DNA of 60,947 nt from Patescibacteria group bacterium (lineage in GTDB: Bacteria; Patescibacteriota; Minisyncoccia; Sungbacterales; HO2-52-23), in NCBI GenBank assembly GCA_038063315.1, contig JBBTVI010000027.1:1-60947 (forward strand). Reading direction: 5' to 3'. The position numbers and the translations under genes were made by a program. Positions 7,774 through 16,696 of this stretch are shown here, one piece after another (the stretch's first letter is position 1; each line of letters starts with the position of its first letter). The notes under the pieces were generated by a model, which was given only the letters and a program-made list of their open reading frames with translations, ran no database searches and had not been told where the DNA came from.

Positions 7774-8991
7774 TTATAGTTTCCCCACCACATTGTAGAG
7801 CGCGCCGAGGATGGAGATAACGAAAAATCCGATGCCGCCTCCCAAAACCACAAGGAGCGCGGGTTCGATGAGTGCGACGAGGTTGTCTACAACAATCTCT
7901 ACCTCCTGGCGGTAGAACATCGCGAGATTCTCCAATATCGCATCCAGGCGTCCGGATGTCTCGCCGATGCGGATCATCTGGGTCGCAAGCGCCGGAATTT
8001 CCGGGGTATCCTCAAATGCGGCTGCGACCGTGCCGCCCCCCCTGACGACATCCTGAGCGTGTATCATGGCGTCCTGGTACACCCTGTTGCCGACGACATC
8101 GCCCGAAATATCGAGCGCATGAAGGATGGGAATGCCTCCGGCGATCAGGGTGCGGAGATTGTCGGTGAGGCGCGCAACGAAAAATTTGCGGAAAAGAACT
8201 CCGATAATCGGGGAGTGGAGGATCAGGCGATCCACATATCCTCTTCCTTTGGGGGTTCTTGACCAGCGCCAGGCCCATACGCCTCCGGCAGAGGCGAGAA
8301 GCGCGACGAAGATGCCCCACTTACGGAGAAATGCGGAAAGAAAGAAAACGAGCCGGACGAAGATGGGCGGTTTTTCGCCGAGTTCCTCGAAAATGGGAAT
8401 GAGATCCGGAATCACGACGACCATCATGATGATGATGACGCCGATGAATGCGGCGATGATGAACGCGGGGTAGAGCATGGCGTTTCGCACCTTCATGACG
8501 AGTTTTTGGTAGCGCTCCAGGTATTCGGCCAGATACGTGAAAACAAGCAGGAGCTGTCCGGATTCTTCGCCGGAGCGGACCATGCTGACGTAAAACGGCG
8601 AGAAAGCGTCCGGGTGCTTCGCCATGGCCTGGGAGAGCACTAAGCCGCCCTTGATGTCGTTGGCAAGGATGCGGAGCACCTCCTGGAAGGACGGGCGGAG
8701 GAATTCGCGCGCAAGCGTCTCAAGCGCTTCGAGTATGGGCACGTGCGCGGTAAAGAGGACGGCGAGCTCGCGGGTGAAGACGACAAGGTCTTTCTGGCGG
8801 ACGCGCGGGGTCAGGCGGAAATTGAGGTGGACGGAGAAGACAACCGGTCCGCGCGCGGCTTCCTCAACGGACGTAACGAGCCAGCCGTTTTCTATAAGGC
8901 GCTCGATCGCCGCGTCTTTGGAGGATGCCTCGATTGAGCCGGTGCGATCTTCACCCTCTTTTGTCCGCGCTTTGTAAGAATAGACGGGCAT
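7774..8991 (-). CDS. pilC: Type IV pilus platform protein PilC (GspF family)
   Basis: 405 aa with two GspF-like repeats (LATLLESGVPIL-type: HVPILEALETLA and GIPILHALDISG) and three TM segments. Confidence 0.9.
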   Translation of the reverse strand: MPVYSYKARTKEGEDRTGSIEASSKDAAIERLIENGWLVTSVEEAARGPVVFSVHLNFRLTPRVRQKDLVVFTRELAVLFTAHVPILEALETLAREFLRPSFQEVLRILANDIKGGLVLSQAMAKHPDAFSPFYVSMVRSGEESGQLLLVFTYLAEYLERYQKLVMKVRNAMLYPAFIIAAFIGVIIIMMVVVIPDLIPIFEELGEKPPIFVRLVFFLSAFLRKWGIFVALLASAGGVWAWRWSRTPKGRGYVDRLILHSPIIGVLFRKFFVARLTDNLRTLIAGGIPILHALDISGDVVGNRVYQDAMIHAQDVVRGGGTVAAAFEDTPEIPALATQMIRIGETSGRLDAILENLAMFYRQEVEIVVDNLVALIEPALLVVLGGGIGFFVISILGALYNVVGKL

Positions 8992-8999
8992 GCTTCGTC

Positions 9000-10064
9000 T
9001 TACCGCATCAGATTCTCCAGGTCTTTCGCGTCGGTCGCATACATCAGGGCGTGTTCCATTGCGATCTCTCCGCGGCGCACGAGATCGGCAAGGGACCTGT
9101 TCAAACTGATCATGCCCTCTTCCGCGCCCGTATCAATCACAAGATCGAGTTCATGCACTTTATTTTCGCGGATGAGATTCCGTATCGCCGGGGTGGCAAC
9201 AAGCACTTCGATCGCGGGAATGAGCCCGCCCGATATCCGGGGGACGAGCCGCTGGGAGACGATGCCGATGAGCACAAGCGCGAGCTGCGAGCGGATTTGG
9301 CTTTGCTGCGCCGGAGGGAACGTATCAATGATGCGATCAATGGTCTGGGCCGCGTTGTTGGTGTGCAGCGTCGAGAAGATGAGATGGCCGGTTTCGGCCG
9401 CGGTGACGGCCGTCGCAATGGTTTCGGCGTCCCGCATCTCGCCGATCATCGCGATGTCAATGTCTTCGCGAAACATCGAGCGGAGGGCCCTGCCAAAACT
9501 TTTTGTGTCGCTGCCGATTTCGCGCTGCACCACGATTGACTGGTCGGACGTAAAAAGATATTCGATCGGATCTTCGATCGTAATGATATGGTCTTGGCGC
9601 GTTTGATTGATGTATTGCACCATTGCGGCGAGGGTGGTTGATTTTCCATGCCCGGTGGGGCCCACGCAGAGAAAGAATCCCTGCTGGCGGTTCGTGAAGT
9701 CCTTAAGGATTTGCGGGAGATTGAGCTCCTCGAAGTTGCGAATGTAAGGTGGGATGAGGCGGAGCGCGGCGCCCATGAATCCTCTTTGGTGGAAAAGATT
9801 GACGCGAAAACGCGCGCGATCGCGGAAACTGTATGTAAAATCAAGCTCTTTCTCCTGGAGATACTCGCGCTGCTGCTCTTCGGTGATCATCGCAAAAATA
9901 AAATCCTGCGCGATGTCCGGTGTCATAACCGGATGGTTCGGCAGCGGAAGGATATGGCCTTCCACGCGGAGCATCGGATGCCGCCCGACGGTGATATGGA
10001 GATCCGAGGCCTGCTGTTTAACGACTTCCGAAAAAAGCTCGTCGAAATTGTGTTTGGAGGGCAT
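9000..10064 (-). CDS. pilT: Twitching-motility retraction ATPase PilT
   Basis: 354 aa. ASDLHI, Walker A GPTGHGKSTT, GEMRD, HLIFSTLHT and AIRNLIRE motifs. Confidence 0.9.
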   Translation of the reverse strand: MPSKHNFDELFSEVVKQQASDLHITVGRHPMLRVEGHILPLPNHPVMTPDIAQDFIFAMITEEQQREYLQEKELDFTYSFRDRARFRVNLFHQRGFMGAALRLIPPYIRNFEELNLPQILKDFTNRQQGFFLCVGPTGHGKSTTLAAMVQYINQTRQDHIITIEDPIEYLFTSDQSIVVQREIGSDTKSFGRALRSMFREDIDIAMIGEMRDAETIATAVTAAETGHLIFSTLHTNNAAQTIDRIIDTFPPAQQSQIRSQLALVLIGIVSQRLVPRISGGLIPAIEVLVATPAIRNLIRENKVHELDLVIDTGAEEGMISLNRSLADLVRRGEIAMEHALMYATDAKDLENLMR

Positions 10065-10068
10065 GACG

Positions 10069-10103
10069 AATGTATTATGGGGTTTGTATTATGAATTATG
10101 GAT
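10069..10103. repeat. Family B half-site abutting the pilT start
   Basis: AATGTATTATGGGGTTTGTATTATGAATTATGG. On the minus strand CATAAT lies 9 nt before the pilT ATG. Confidence 0.8.
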
Positions 10104-10121
10104 AAGAAACCGTTTAAAAAG

Positions 10122-10313
10122 GTCATTGCGAGGAGTCAGACGATCCTTCGCTTCGCTCGGGACAGGCTCCGCAATCCCCGCCTTCACAAGGTTTCGGCGG
10201 GCAAGCATAAAGTACACATGGTGAGGATAGAGGCCTGCTTGTCCGCCGTAGCTTCAGCGTAGGCGGAGATTGCCGCGCGCCCCCTCGACAGACTCGGGGT
10301 CGCTCGCAATGAC
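10122..10313. repeat. Family A element with an extra internal hairpin-rich module
   Basis: GTCATTGCGAGGAGTCAGACGATCC...CTCCGCAATCC ... GATTGCCGCGCGCCCCCTCGACAGACTCGGGGTCGCTCGCAATGAC. Confidence 0.8.
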
Positions 10314-10405
10314 GGATAGGAGGCTTTTTAGACGGTATGTAAGAGAAAAATTCATCTTCCCTAATTCTTTTTATGCCGGAGAGCTCCGGCGATTCTTTTG
10401 GCCAA

Positions 10406-10795
10406 TCAGTTTTTCTTTATTCCCAGTATCTCTTTGGCTTTATCCACGATTTCCGTCGGCGTAAAGTGCGCTTTGATAAGATAGTCGTCCGCGCCGAGCT
10501 GCCGGCCTTTTTCAATATCGTCTTTTTGTCCGAGATTCGTCAGGAGAATGATTTTTGCGGGGCTCTTGCCGCTTTTGATTTTTTGCAGGAGGTCAAAGCC
10601 GTCCACCGAGGGCATGACAACATCAAGAAGAATGAGATCCGGCGCGAACTTTTGGACTTTTTCCCAGCCGGATTTGCCGTCTGAGGCGATTTCAACCTCA
10701 AAGCCCTGATCCTTGAATTTGAGCACATACATATCAACGATGAAAGGATCATCGTCAACGATCAGAATTTTTTTTGGCGCGTCGTCTTTGGGCAT
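10406..10795 (-). CDS. Stand-alone response-regulator receiver domain (CheY/PilH-like)
   Basis: 129 aa. ILIVDDD, DLILLDVVMP and LTN...K motifs. No output domain. Confidence 0.85.
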   Translation of the reverse strand: MPKDDAPKKILIVDDDPFIVDMYVLKFKDQGFEVEIASDGKSGWEKVQKFAPDLILLDVVMPSVDGFDLLQKIKSGKSPAKIILLTNLGQKDDIEKGRQLGADDYLIKAHFTPTEIVDKAKEILGIKKN

Positions 10796-10820
10796 AGGTT
10801 TTTAAGAAATCGTTGAAAAA

Positions 10821-10943
10821 GTCATACGAGGCTCCGCAATCCAAAGTGATCGTCATTGCGAGGAGTCAGACGACGAAGCAATCCACAAGAAACACTGGAT
10901 TGCCGCGCGCCCCCTCGATGAACTCGGGGTCGCTCGCAATGAC
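10821..10943. repeat. Family A element
   Basis: Short unit GTCATACGAGGCTCCGCAATCC, then GTCATTGCGAGGAGTCAGACGACGAAGCAATCC and inverted ...CTCGCAATGAC. Confidence 0.85.
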
Positions 10944-10984
10944 GGATGGAAGGCTTTTTCAACAGTTTCTAACTCGTATTCCGA

Positions 10985-12709
10985 TTAAGTCGTCTCCAGC
11001 AAATCCTCAAAACCAATCTTACCATGAAGCACCTTCAAAATGCCATCGTGGCGGAGCGAGAGCATTGCTTGACGCTTGGCCTCCGCTATGATATTCGCTT
11101 CCGAGGGCGCGGTGATGATGATTTTTTCAAGCTCCGGTGTCATTGCGAGCATCTCGAAAAGTCCGATGCGTCCGCGCGTGCCTTTGGGGCATGACGCCGA
11201 GACCTGGGGCTCGTAAATCGCGGGCGGAAGGGCTGCCATGAGGTTTTTTTGCACCGCATCGGGCATGGTGCGTATATCGGACATCAATGTTTCTTTCATT
11301 GCGCCATCCAAAGGAACTTCGCCGCGGGAATCCGGGCACAGACGCCGGACAAGCCGCTGGGCAACCGCAAGGATCAGTGTCGCGGGAATGAGAAACGGAT
11401 CAACGCCCATATCAATGAGCCGGGGGATCACGCCGACGGCGTTATTGGTGTGAAGAGTCGAAAGGACGAGATGACCGGTGAGCGCGGCGTGCACCGCGAG
11501 GGCCGCGGTTTCTTTGTCGCGAATCTCGCCGACCATGATGATGTCCGGATCCTGGCGGAGAATGTGCCGGAGGCCTGTGGCGAAGGTATAACCGATCTCG
11601 GCGCGCACGTGGGATTGGCTGATGCCGCTGATGTAATATTCCACCGGATCTTCCAAACTGACAATATTGACTTTTTCGTCATTGAGGATATTGAGGAGGG
11701 CGTAGAGCGTTGTGGATTTCCCCGATCCCGTCGGGCCGGTGATGAGGATCATGCCGTAAGGCCTCCGGATTGCGGCGCGGATTTTGTCCAGATTGTCCCC
11801 CTCAATGCCGAGATCGTCGAGCGACGTAACGCCTGTGGTCGGATCGAGGATGCGGACCGCGACTTTCTCGCCGAGGGCCGTCGGAAACGTGGAGACGCGA
11901 AAGTCAATCGCGCGGCCCACGATTTCGGCGTGGAACCGTCCGTCCTGCGGAATCCGCGTCTCGTCTATTTTTAAGCTCGTCAGAACCTTAATGCGCGTGA
12001 CGATGGCTGAATGCACCTGGGGCGGCAGGAGCAAACTCGTGTGGAGCGCTCCGTCCACGCGAAAACGCACGCGCACGTTCTCGCGCGTGGGCTCAATGTG
12101 GACGTCCGAGGCGCGGCCCTCGACCGCGTGGCGCAGGATCACGGCAAACATTTTCGTGATCGGGGCGTCCTCGATGATGACCGCGGGCTGTTCGCGCTCG
12201 ATGCGGACGGTCTCGGACAGCGATTCATATTCTTTTTTGAATTCTCCGAGCGCCTTGCCGACTTCTCCGGTTAAACTGCCATAGCGCTTCAGGATGTCGG
12301 CGAATGCCGACGGCGCAATGATGTATATGCGAATCGGCATATCGGTCTGCGCGCTGATGAATTTGAGCGCTTCGTGCGCGGCAATGTCATCCGGGTTGAC
12401 CATCCCGATCTCCATGTAGCCGTTTTTTTGGCCGAGGGGCGCCATCTGGTAGTGGGCGGCTGACTCTTCGGGAATCGCTTTGAACGCCTGATCAGGGATG
12501 GTCTCGATTTCTCCTGGCATCAGTTGCCGGATCGGGAAACCGCTGGTCGCGCTTTTTGCCTCAATGATCGCATTTTCGGCAACGCCAGCTTCGATAAGAA
12601 GCGCGTCTAAGGGCATTTTTTCCGCTTCAGACCGCTTCTGAAGAAGCCGGAGGTTTTTTACGGAGATCGCCTTTTTTTCAATAAGGATGTCGAGATAGGT
12701 TTTGGTCAT
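10985..12709 (-). CDS. pilB: Type IV pilus assembly ATPase PilB (GspE family)
   Basis: 574 aa. N-terminal T2SSE_N-like domain, Walker A GPTGSGKSTT, GEIRD, HLVLSTLHTN. The tetracysteine region is reduced. Confidence 0.9.
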   Translation of the reverse strand: MTKTYLDILIEKKAISVKNLRLLQKRSEAEKMPLDALLIEAGVAENAIIEAKSATSGFPIRQLMPGEIETIPDQAFKAIPEESAAHYQMAPLGQKNGYMEIGMVNPDDIAAHEALKFISAQTDMPIRIYIIAPSAFADILKRYGSLTGEVGKALGEFKKEYESLSETVRIEREQPAVIIEDAPITKMFAVILRHAVEGRASDVHIEPTRENVRVRFRVDGALHTSLLLPPQVHSAIVTRIKVLTSLKIDETRIPQDGRFHAEIVGRAIDFRVSTFPTALGEKVAVRILDPTTGVTSLDDLGIEGDNLDKIRAAIRRPYGMILITGPTGSGKSTTLYALLNILNDEKVNIVSLEDPVEYYISGISQSHVRAEIGYTFATGLRHILRQDPDIIMVGEIRDKETAALAVHAALTGHLVLSTLHTNNAVGVIPRLIDMGVDPFLIPATLILAVAQRLVRRLCPDSRGEVPLDGAMKETLMSDIRTMPDAVQKNLMAALPPAIYEPQVSASCPKGTRGRIGLFEMLAMTPELEKIIITAPSEANIIAEAKRQAMLSLRHDGILKVLHGKIGFEDLLETT

Positions 12710-12759
12710 GGAATGGGCGTTAGGATTTAGGCATTAGGGGTTAGAAAAATCCTCCATCC

Positions 12760-12897
12760 GTCATTGCGAGCGACCCCGAGCTGCGAGGGGGCGCGCGGCA
12801 ATCCATTTCGACCGTCATTGCGAGCCGAAGGCGAAGCAATCCAGAATTTCTGCGTTATGGATATGGATTGCTTCGTCGTCTGACTCCTCGCAATGAC
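12760..12897. repeat. Family A element
   Basis: Same termini. Preceded by AAAAATCCTCCATCC, as is copy 13917. Confidence 0.85.
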
Positions 12898-12945
12898 AAA
12901 ATGAGCGCATGTCTTTAATAAGCGCATGTCTTTATAGATGTTCCA

Positions 12946-13269
12946 TTACTGAAACGGATTTGCGCGTCCCTTCTGAAGTGGCGGGGGCGGGGGTATCACG
13001 GGTCGGACAAGTTTTTCGAGCAGGGGATCATCGAAGACCGCAGTATCAAGGGCGATATCCTTGAGCGGGCGGAGCGGAGCAATAAGAAGGTCAAGATCTT
13101 CTTTCTCGCTTTCGCGCTCGAGATCCGCAATAAGAGGGCTGAAATACCACCATAAGCCCGCGACTGCGGTGAACAACAGCAGAACAATCAGCAGTCCCTG
13201 CTGTTTTGGTTTTTTCCGCATCGAGACGGTACTCGCGGGTGTTGGTTGGGGGGGCTTGAGGGTATCCAT
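12946..13269 (-). CDS. Small single-pass membrane protein, pilus-cluster associated (PilP-position)
   Basis: ORF trimmed to the ATG at 13269, because the longer ORF overlaps the pilO-like gene. TM LLIVLLLFTAVAGLWWYF. Pro-rich C-terminus. Confidence 0.45.
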   Translation of the reverse strand: MDTLKPPQPTPASTVSMRKKPKQQGLLIVLLLFTAVAGLWWYFSPLIADLERESEKEDLDLLIAPLRPLKDIALDTAVFDDPLLEKLVRPVIPPPPPLQKGRANPFQ

Positions 13270-13279
13270 GGCTTTCCGA

Positions 13280-13861
13280 CTATTTCTGCTGTTGATAATA
13301 AAAATTGACGGTGATGTTTGTGTTGATGATTCCGGGCGACTCTTCCGACGCAGCAATCGTCGTTTTTTCGACGTCCAAAAGCCGGAGGCTTGTTTCAATG
13401 TCTTTCATGAATGCCTTGACGGCCTCATACCGGCCCTGGACGTCGAGGTTGACGGTTTCCAGCCGCGTTTTGCGCGCAACCACTTTTTCCTGCGGGTCAG
13501 TCCGTCCGGCCCGGGGTTGTGCTCCGGCGCCGCTTCCCGCGCTCGCATCGGCGAATTCAATTGAGGACAGAATAATGCTGTTTCGTCCGGCACTGTATTC
13601 AAACCACATCACAAGTTCGGTTTTCCGCGATTCGGTCGGAATGGTGTTGTCAAGCGCGACGCGATCTTTTTCCGGCAGTTCGTCAATCGTTGAAAGGGTT
13701 TTTTGGCGGATAAGGGCGAGCTCATCCAGTTCCGCGGCCAGACGGCGGATACCCTGCTCCTCGGCGCGGGCCGTCTGGTAATACGTCCACAAGGGGTAGA
13801 TGTTGAAGATGCCGATGAGAATGGCGCTGCCGCCAAAAAGCGCGGTGAGAATGTTTTGCAT
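13280..13861 (-). CDS. PilO-like pilus assembly protein
   Basis: ORF trimmed to the ATG at 13861, because the upstream 49 codons are a family A repeat. N-terminal TM, coiled-coil segment (EEQGIRRLAAELDELALIRQK) and a C-terminal ferredoxin-like region. Position between the PilN-like gene and PilB. Confidence 0.55.
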   Translation of the reverse strand: MQNILTALFGGSAILIGIFNIYPLWTYYQTARAEEQGIRRLAAELDELALIRQKTLSTIDELPEKDRVALDNTIPTESRKTELVMWFEYSAGRNSIILSSIEFADASAGSGAGAQPRAGRTDPQEKVVARKTRLETVNLDVQGRYEAVKAFMKDIETSLRLLDVEKTTIAASEESPGIINTNITVNFYYQQQK

Positions 13862-13916
13862 AGGAAGGAAAAAAAGAGGACTGGCGTCTAAAAAATCGCT
13901 AAAAAATCCTCCATCC

Positions 13917-14001
13917 GTCATTGCGAGCGACCCCGAGCTGCGAGGGGGCGCGCGGCAATCCAGGATTTGGATTGCTTCGTCGTCTGACTCCTCGCAATGA
14001 C
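13917..14001. repeat. Family A element
   Basis: GTCATTGCGAGCGACCCCGAGCTGCGAGGGGGCGCGCGGCAATCC - GGATTTGGATTGCTTCGTCGTCTGACTCCTCGCAATGAC. Confidence 0.85.
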
Positions 14002-14014
14002 TTTTCAACGGCGT

Positions 14015-14575
14015 CTAAAGGGCGCCGAGTTCCGTAAGGGACTGCTTAAATGTGATCACGATGGAGAAAGAGACCGCGGAGGCGTCGCGGCTGAGCCCCC
14101 CGAAACCGATTTTTTCAATGTGCGGATTTCCCTCCAAAAGCGCGATCTGACGCGCGATGAGCGTAAATCCGTCCGCCGTTCCCTGCAGTCTGATTATGCG
14201 ATCGGCCGCGGAAAATGAATAATCGTTAAAACGCACGCCCGGATATGTCTCTGATTCCAGCAGTCGGAGAGCGTTGGTGCTGAAGATATGGCTGCGGATG
14301 AACTGGCGCAGCTGCGTGAGGCGCTCGGCGACAAGGAAGATTTCATTGACTTCCGCCGGCGGAAATTCAGTCACTTTGGCGCGAATGTCCTGGCCCAGGC
14401 GGTCGAGAGTATTGTTTTTTGCGTTGGCGATAAAAATGAGGACGCCGTAGGCCGCAAGAACCGCGATCAAGAGGCCGATGCCGAGCAGCACAAACGGCGA
14501 CATATAGCGGATATGAAATGCCGCCGCGGTTTTTTCCGATGCGGAGGGAATGTGTTTGGCAAAAAGGGTGGGCAT
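14015..14575 (-). CDS. PilN-like pilus assembly protein
   Basis: 186 aa with a single TM (FVLLGIGLLIAVLAAYGVLIF). Immediately downstream of pilM. Confidence 0.55.
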   Translation of the reverse strand: MPTLFAKHIPSASEKTAAAFHIRYMSPFVLLGIGLLIAVLAAYGVLIFIANAKNNTLDRLGQDIRAKVTEFPPAEVNEIFLVAERLTQLRQFIRSHIFSTNALRLLESETYPGVRFNDYSFSAADRIIRLQGTADGFTLIARQIALLEGNPHIEKIGFGGLSRDASAVSFSIVITFKQSLTELGAL

Positions 14576-14582
14576 AAAACTA

Positions 14583-14657
14583 GTATTATGGGGTATGTAT
14601 TATGGGTTATGGGAAAATTCCGAACCCATAATACATAATTCATATCCCATAACCCAT
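14583..14657. repeat. Family B palindrome (full) between pilM and the pilN-like gene
   Basis: GTATTATGGGGTATGTATTATGGGTTATGGG - AAAATTCCGAA - CCCATAATACATAATTCATATCCCATAAC. Confidence 0.85.
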
Positions 14658-14664
14658 CTGATTC

Positions 14665-15771
14665 TTACCGTCTTTTCATTTCATGGAGCGCAAGGCCTGT
14701 TGCCGTTGCGAGATTCGGACCGATTTCGCGGAGCATGGGCATAATGAAGGCCGGCGCGACAACGCGGGAAAACGGGTGCGCGCGCGTAACCTCCAGTGCA
14801 AGGTTTGCCGCAACATAGTCCACGGCGCCCTTCAGATTGGACGCGCCTCCGGTCAGGACAATTTTCTGCACCTTTGCGGAGGATTTGCGGTTGTAAATGG
14901 CGACGAGCCGGCTGATTTCCGTTGCGAGGGCCGAAAAAAACGGCGTAATAATAGAGGCAATTTCCCGCTCTTCGGCTTTGTCGCTCAGGCCGACCTCGCG
15001 TTTAATTGCCTCGGCACGCTCTTCGCTGACGCCGAGTCCACGCTCAAGCGCGCGTGTAATGTGCTGTCCTCCCTGGGTGATATTGCGCGACATGCGCAGC
15101 ACCGCTTTTTCCGCAACAATAACACTTGTTGAGCGGTGTCCCATGTCAATGATCGCGGTGACCGGATCTTCCTCTCCGGCAATCGCGCGGATGGCGCTGA
15201 AGCTCTCGACTTCGAAGGCGCGGACCGCGATTCCGGCCATTTCGGCAATGCGCTTGATTTTTTCAACGACCTGGACCGGGACCGCGGCCAGGAGCACGGT
15301 CACCTGATCTGGTACATCCGGCGACTCAAAGACATCCCAGTCAAGAATGACTTCCGAGAGCGGAATGGGGACGTATTTGCGCGCTTCATACGGGAGCGCC
15401 TGCTCTATTTCCTTGACGGACAGGCGCGGAAACGGGAATGTGGTGATAAAGCTCGTCGCGAGCGGGATGCCGAAAACGGCCGAATCCGCGGCGACTCCGG
15501 ATTCTTTCACAAGGTCTGCGATCAGCGTGGAGATTTCGTTGTCGGAGAGAAAGAGAAACGTGTTGCGTCCGCTGGCTTCGTCTTTTTGGAAATACCCTTT
15601 TGTTTCGAGCTCTCCGTACGTCTCGAGGATCGCGCGGCCGCCCTCGTTCCGTAATTGTACCACTTTGGCCGAATAGCTTCCAATATCAATGCCGGCGACG
15701 CGGCCGGAGCGGCCGCCGAAAATGGATTTTAGTGAAAAGTCGGGCAAGGAGAGTTTTTTGAGGAGAGACAT
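14665..15771 (-). CDS. pilM: Type IV pilus assembly protein PilM (actin-like ATPase fold)
   Basis: 368 aa. GIDIGSYSAKVVQL phosphate-1-like motif, IIDMGHRSTSV, LTGGASNLKG. Confidence 0.85.
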   Translation of the reverse strand: MSLLKKLSLPDFSLKSIFGGRSGRVAGIDIGSYSAKVVQLRNEGGRAILETYGELETKGYFQKDEASGRNTFLFLSDNEISTLIADLVKESGVAADSAVFGIPLATSFITTFPFPRLSVKEIEQALPYEARKYVPIPLSEVILDWDVFESPDVPDQVTVLLAAVPVQVVEKIKRIAEMAGIAVRAFEVESFSAIRAIAGEEDPVTAIIDMGHRSTSVIVAEKAVLRMSRNITQGGQHITRALERGLGVSEERAEAIKREVGLSDKAEEREIASIITPFFSALATEISRLVAIYNRKSSAKVQKIVLTGGASNLKGAVDYVAANLALEVTRAHPFSRVVAPAFIMPMLREIGPNLATATGLALHEMKRR

Positions 15772-15777
15772 AAAATC

Positions 15778-15811
15778 GGAATTATGGGGTTTGAATTATG
15801 AATAATGGGAG
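15778..15811. repeat. Family B half-site abutting the pilM start
   Basis: GGAATTATGGGGTTTGAATTATGAATAATGGGA. On the minus strand CATAAT lies 9 nt before the pilM ATG. Confidence 0.8.
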
Positions 15812-15930
15812 GGAAAGGTAGCCTCTCTCAATGGATTGCGAACGGCCAAAGGGAACATAACGCGTATTAAGCGGTCATTAAATAGGGCTATGAGAGCTAC
15901 ATGGAATGTATAGTCATATAGTGATTTCTA

Positions 15931-15962
15931 CTCCATAATACATACTTCATAACCCATAATTC
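15931..15962. repeat. Family B half-site abutting the comFC start
   Basis: CTCCATAATACATACTTCATAACCCATAATTC immediately before the ATG at 15963. Confidence 0.8.
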
Positions 15963-16694
15963 ATGAATATGATGCTTCCTCCGCGGATACAGTGCATCAA
16001 AACATTTGTCCTCGACTTGTTGTTCCCCCTCTCCTGTATTTTTTGCGGGCGCGAGGGATCCGCCTGGTGCGCGGCATGCATGGCCGCAATGCAGTGCATT
16101 CCGCCGTCCTGTTTTCGTTGCGGCCTGTTGCGTCCTCCTGTGCGGTCTATACCGGCCGGACGCACATGCCGGGCGTGCCGGAGGCGGACTGCTGTTGATC
16201 TATTTTTCTCGCCTCTTTCTTATGCCGAGCCACGCGTGCGTACCATGCTCCATGCGCTCAAGTATCAACGCTTTACTGCTTTGGCCGATCCCATGGCGCG
16301 GTTCTTCTACGTTTATCTGAAAGATCACGGGACCTTGCTGCCGCCTGATGCGGTGTTGACACCCATTCCTATACATCCCGAAAGAGAGCGGACCCGCGGT
16401 TTCAACCAGTCGGATCTGATTGCGCGGCGCCTTGCGGGCATCATCGGCGCGCATTATCATTCATCGCTTCTCGCGCGCGTTCTGCGTACTGCGCCGCAGG
16501 CGGGGCTTGGCGGGGACGCGCGTCGCGCCAATGTGCGCGCCGCGTTTGCGCTGCGGGACAGGGATGCGGCGGTCGGAAGGACAATTATTCTTTTTGACGA
16601 TATCCGCACCACCGGCGCCACTTTAGAAGAAGCGGCGCTCCTGTTAAAGAATTCCGGAGCGCGGCGCGTCTGGGCGATGACAATGGCGCACTAG
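15963..16694 (+). CDS. comFC: ComF family phosphoribosyltransferase-like competence protein (ComFC)
   Basis: N-terminal CxxC...CxxC zinc finger (CIFCGREGSAWCAACM; CFRCG), LKYQRF, and the PRTase motif ILFDDIRTTGATL. Confidence 0.8.
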   Translation: MNMMLPPRIQCIKTFVLDLLFPLSCIFCGREGSAWCAACMAAMQCIPPSCFRCGLLRPPVRSIPAGRTCRACRRRTAVDLFFSPLSYAEPRVRTMLHALKYQRFTALADPMARFFYVYLKDHGTLLPPDAVLTPIPIHPERERTRGFNQSDLIARRLAGIIGAHYHSSLLARVLRTAPQAGLGGDARRANVRAAFALRDRDAAVGRTIILFDDIRTTGATLEEAALLLKNSGARRVWAMTMAH

Positions 16695-16696
16695 CA

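Noticed and set aside
11249-11974. Long antisense or alternative-frame ORFs inside well-supported genes: 494..799, 1912..2529, 8925..9539, 11249..11974, 15136..15654, 17420..17938, 20189..20950, 22495..23076, 24876..25571, 27669..28454, 29588..30064, 34773..35432, 51669..52172, 52748..53266.
   Set aside because: They overlap genes with clear homology-type motifs on the other strand or frame. Their translations are Arg/Gly/Pro-rich, as is typical of non-coding frames in GC-rich DNA.
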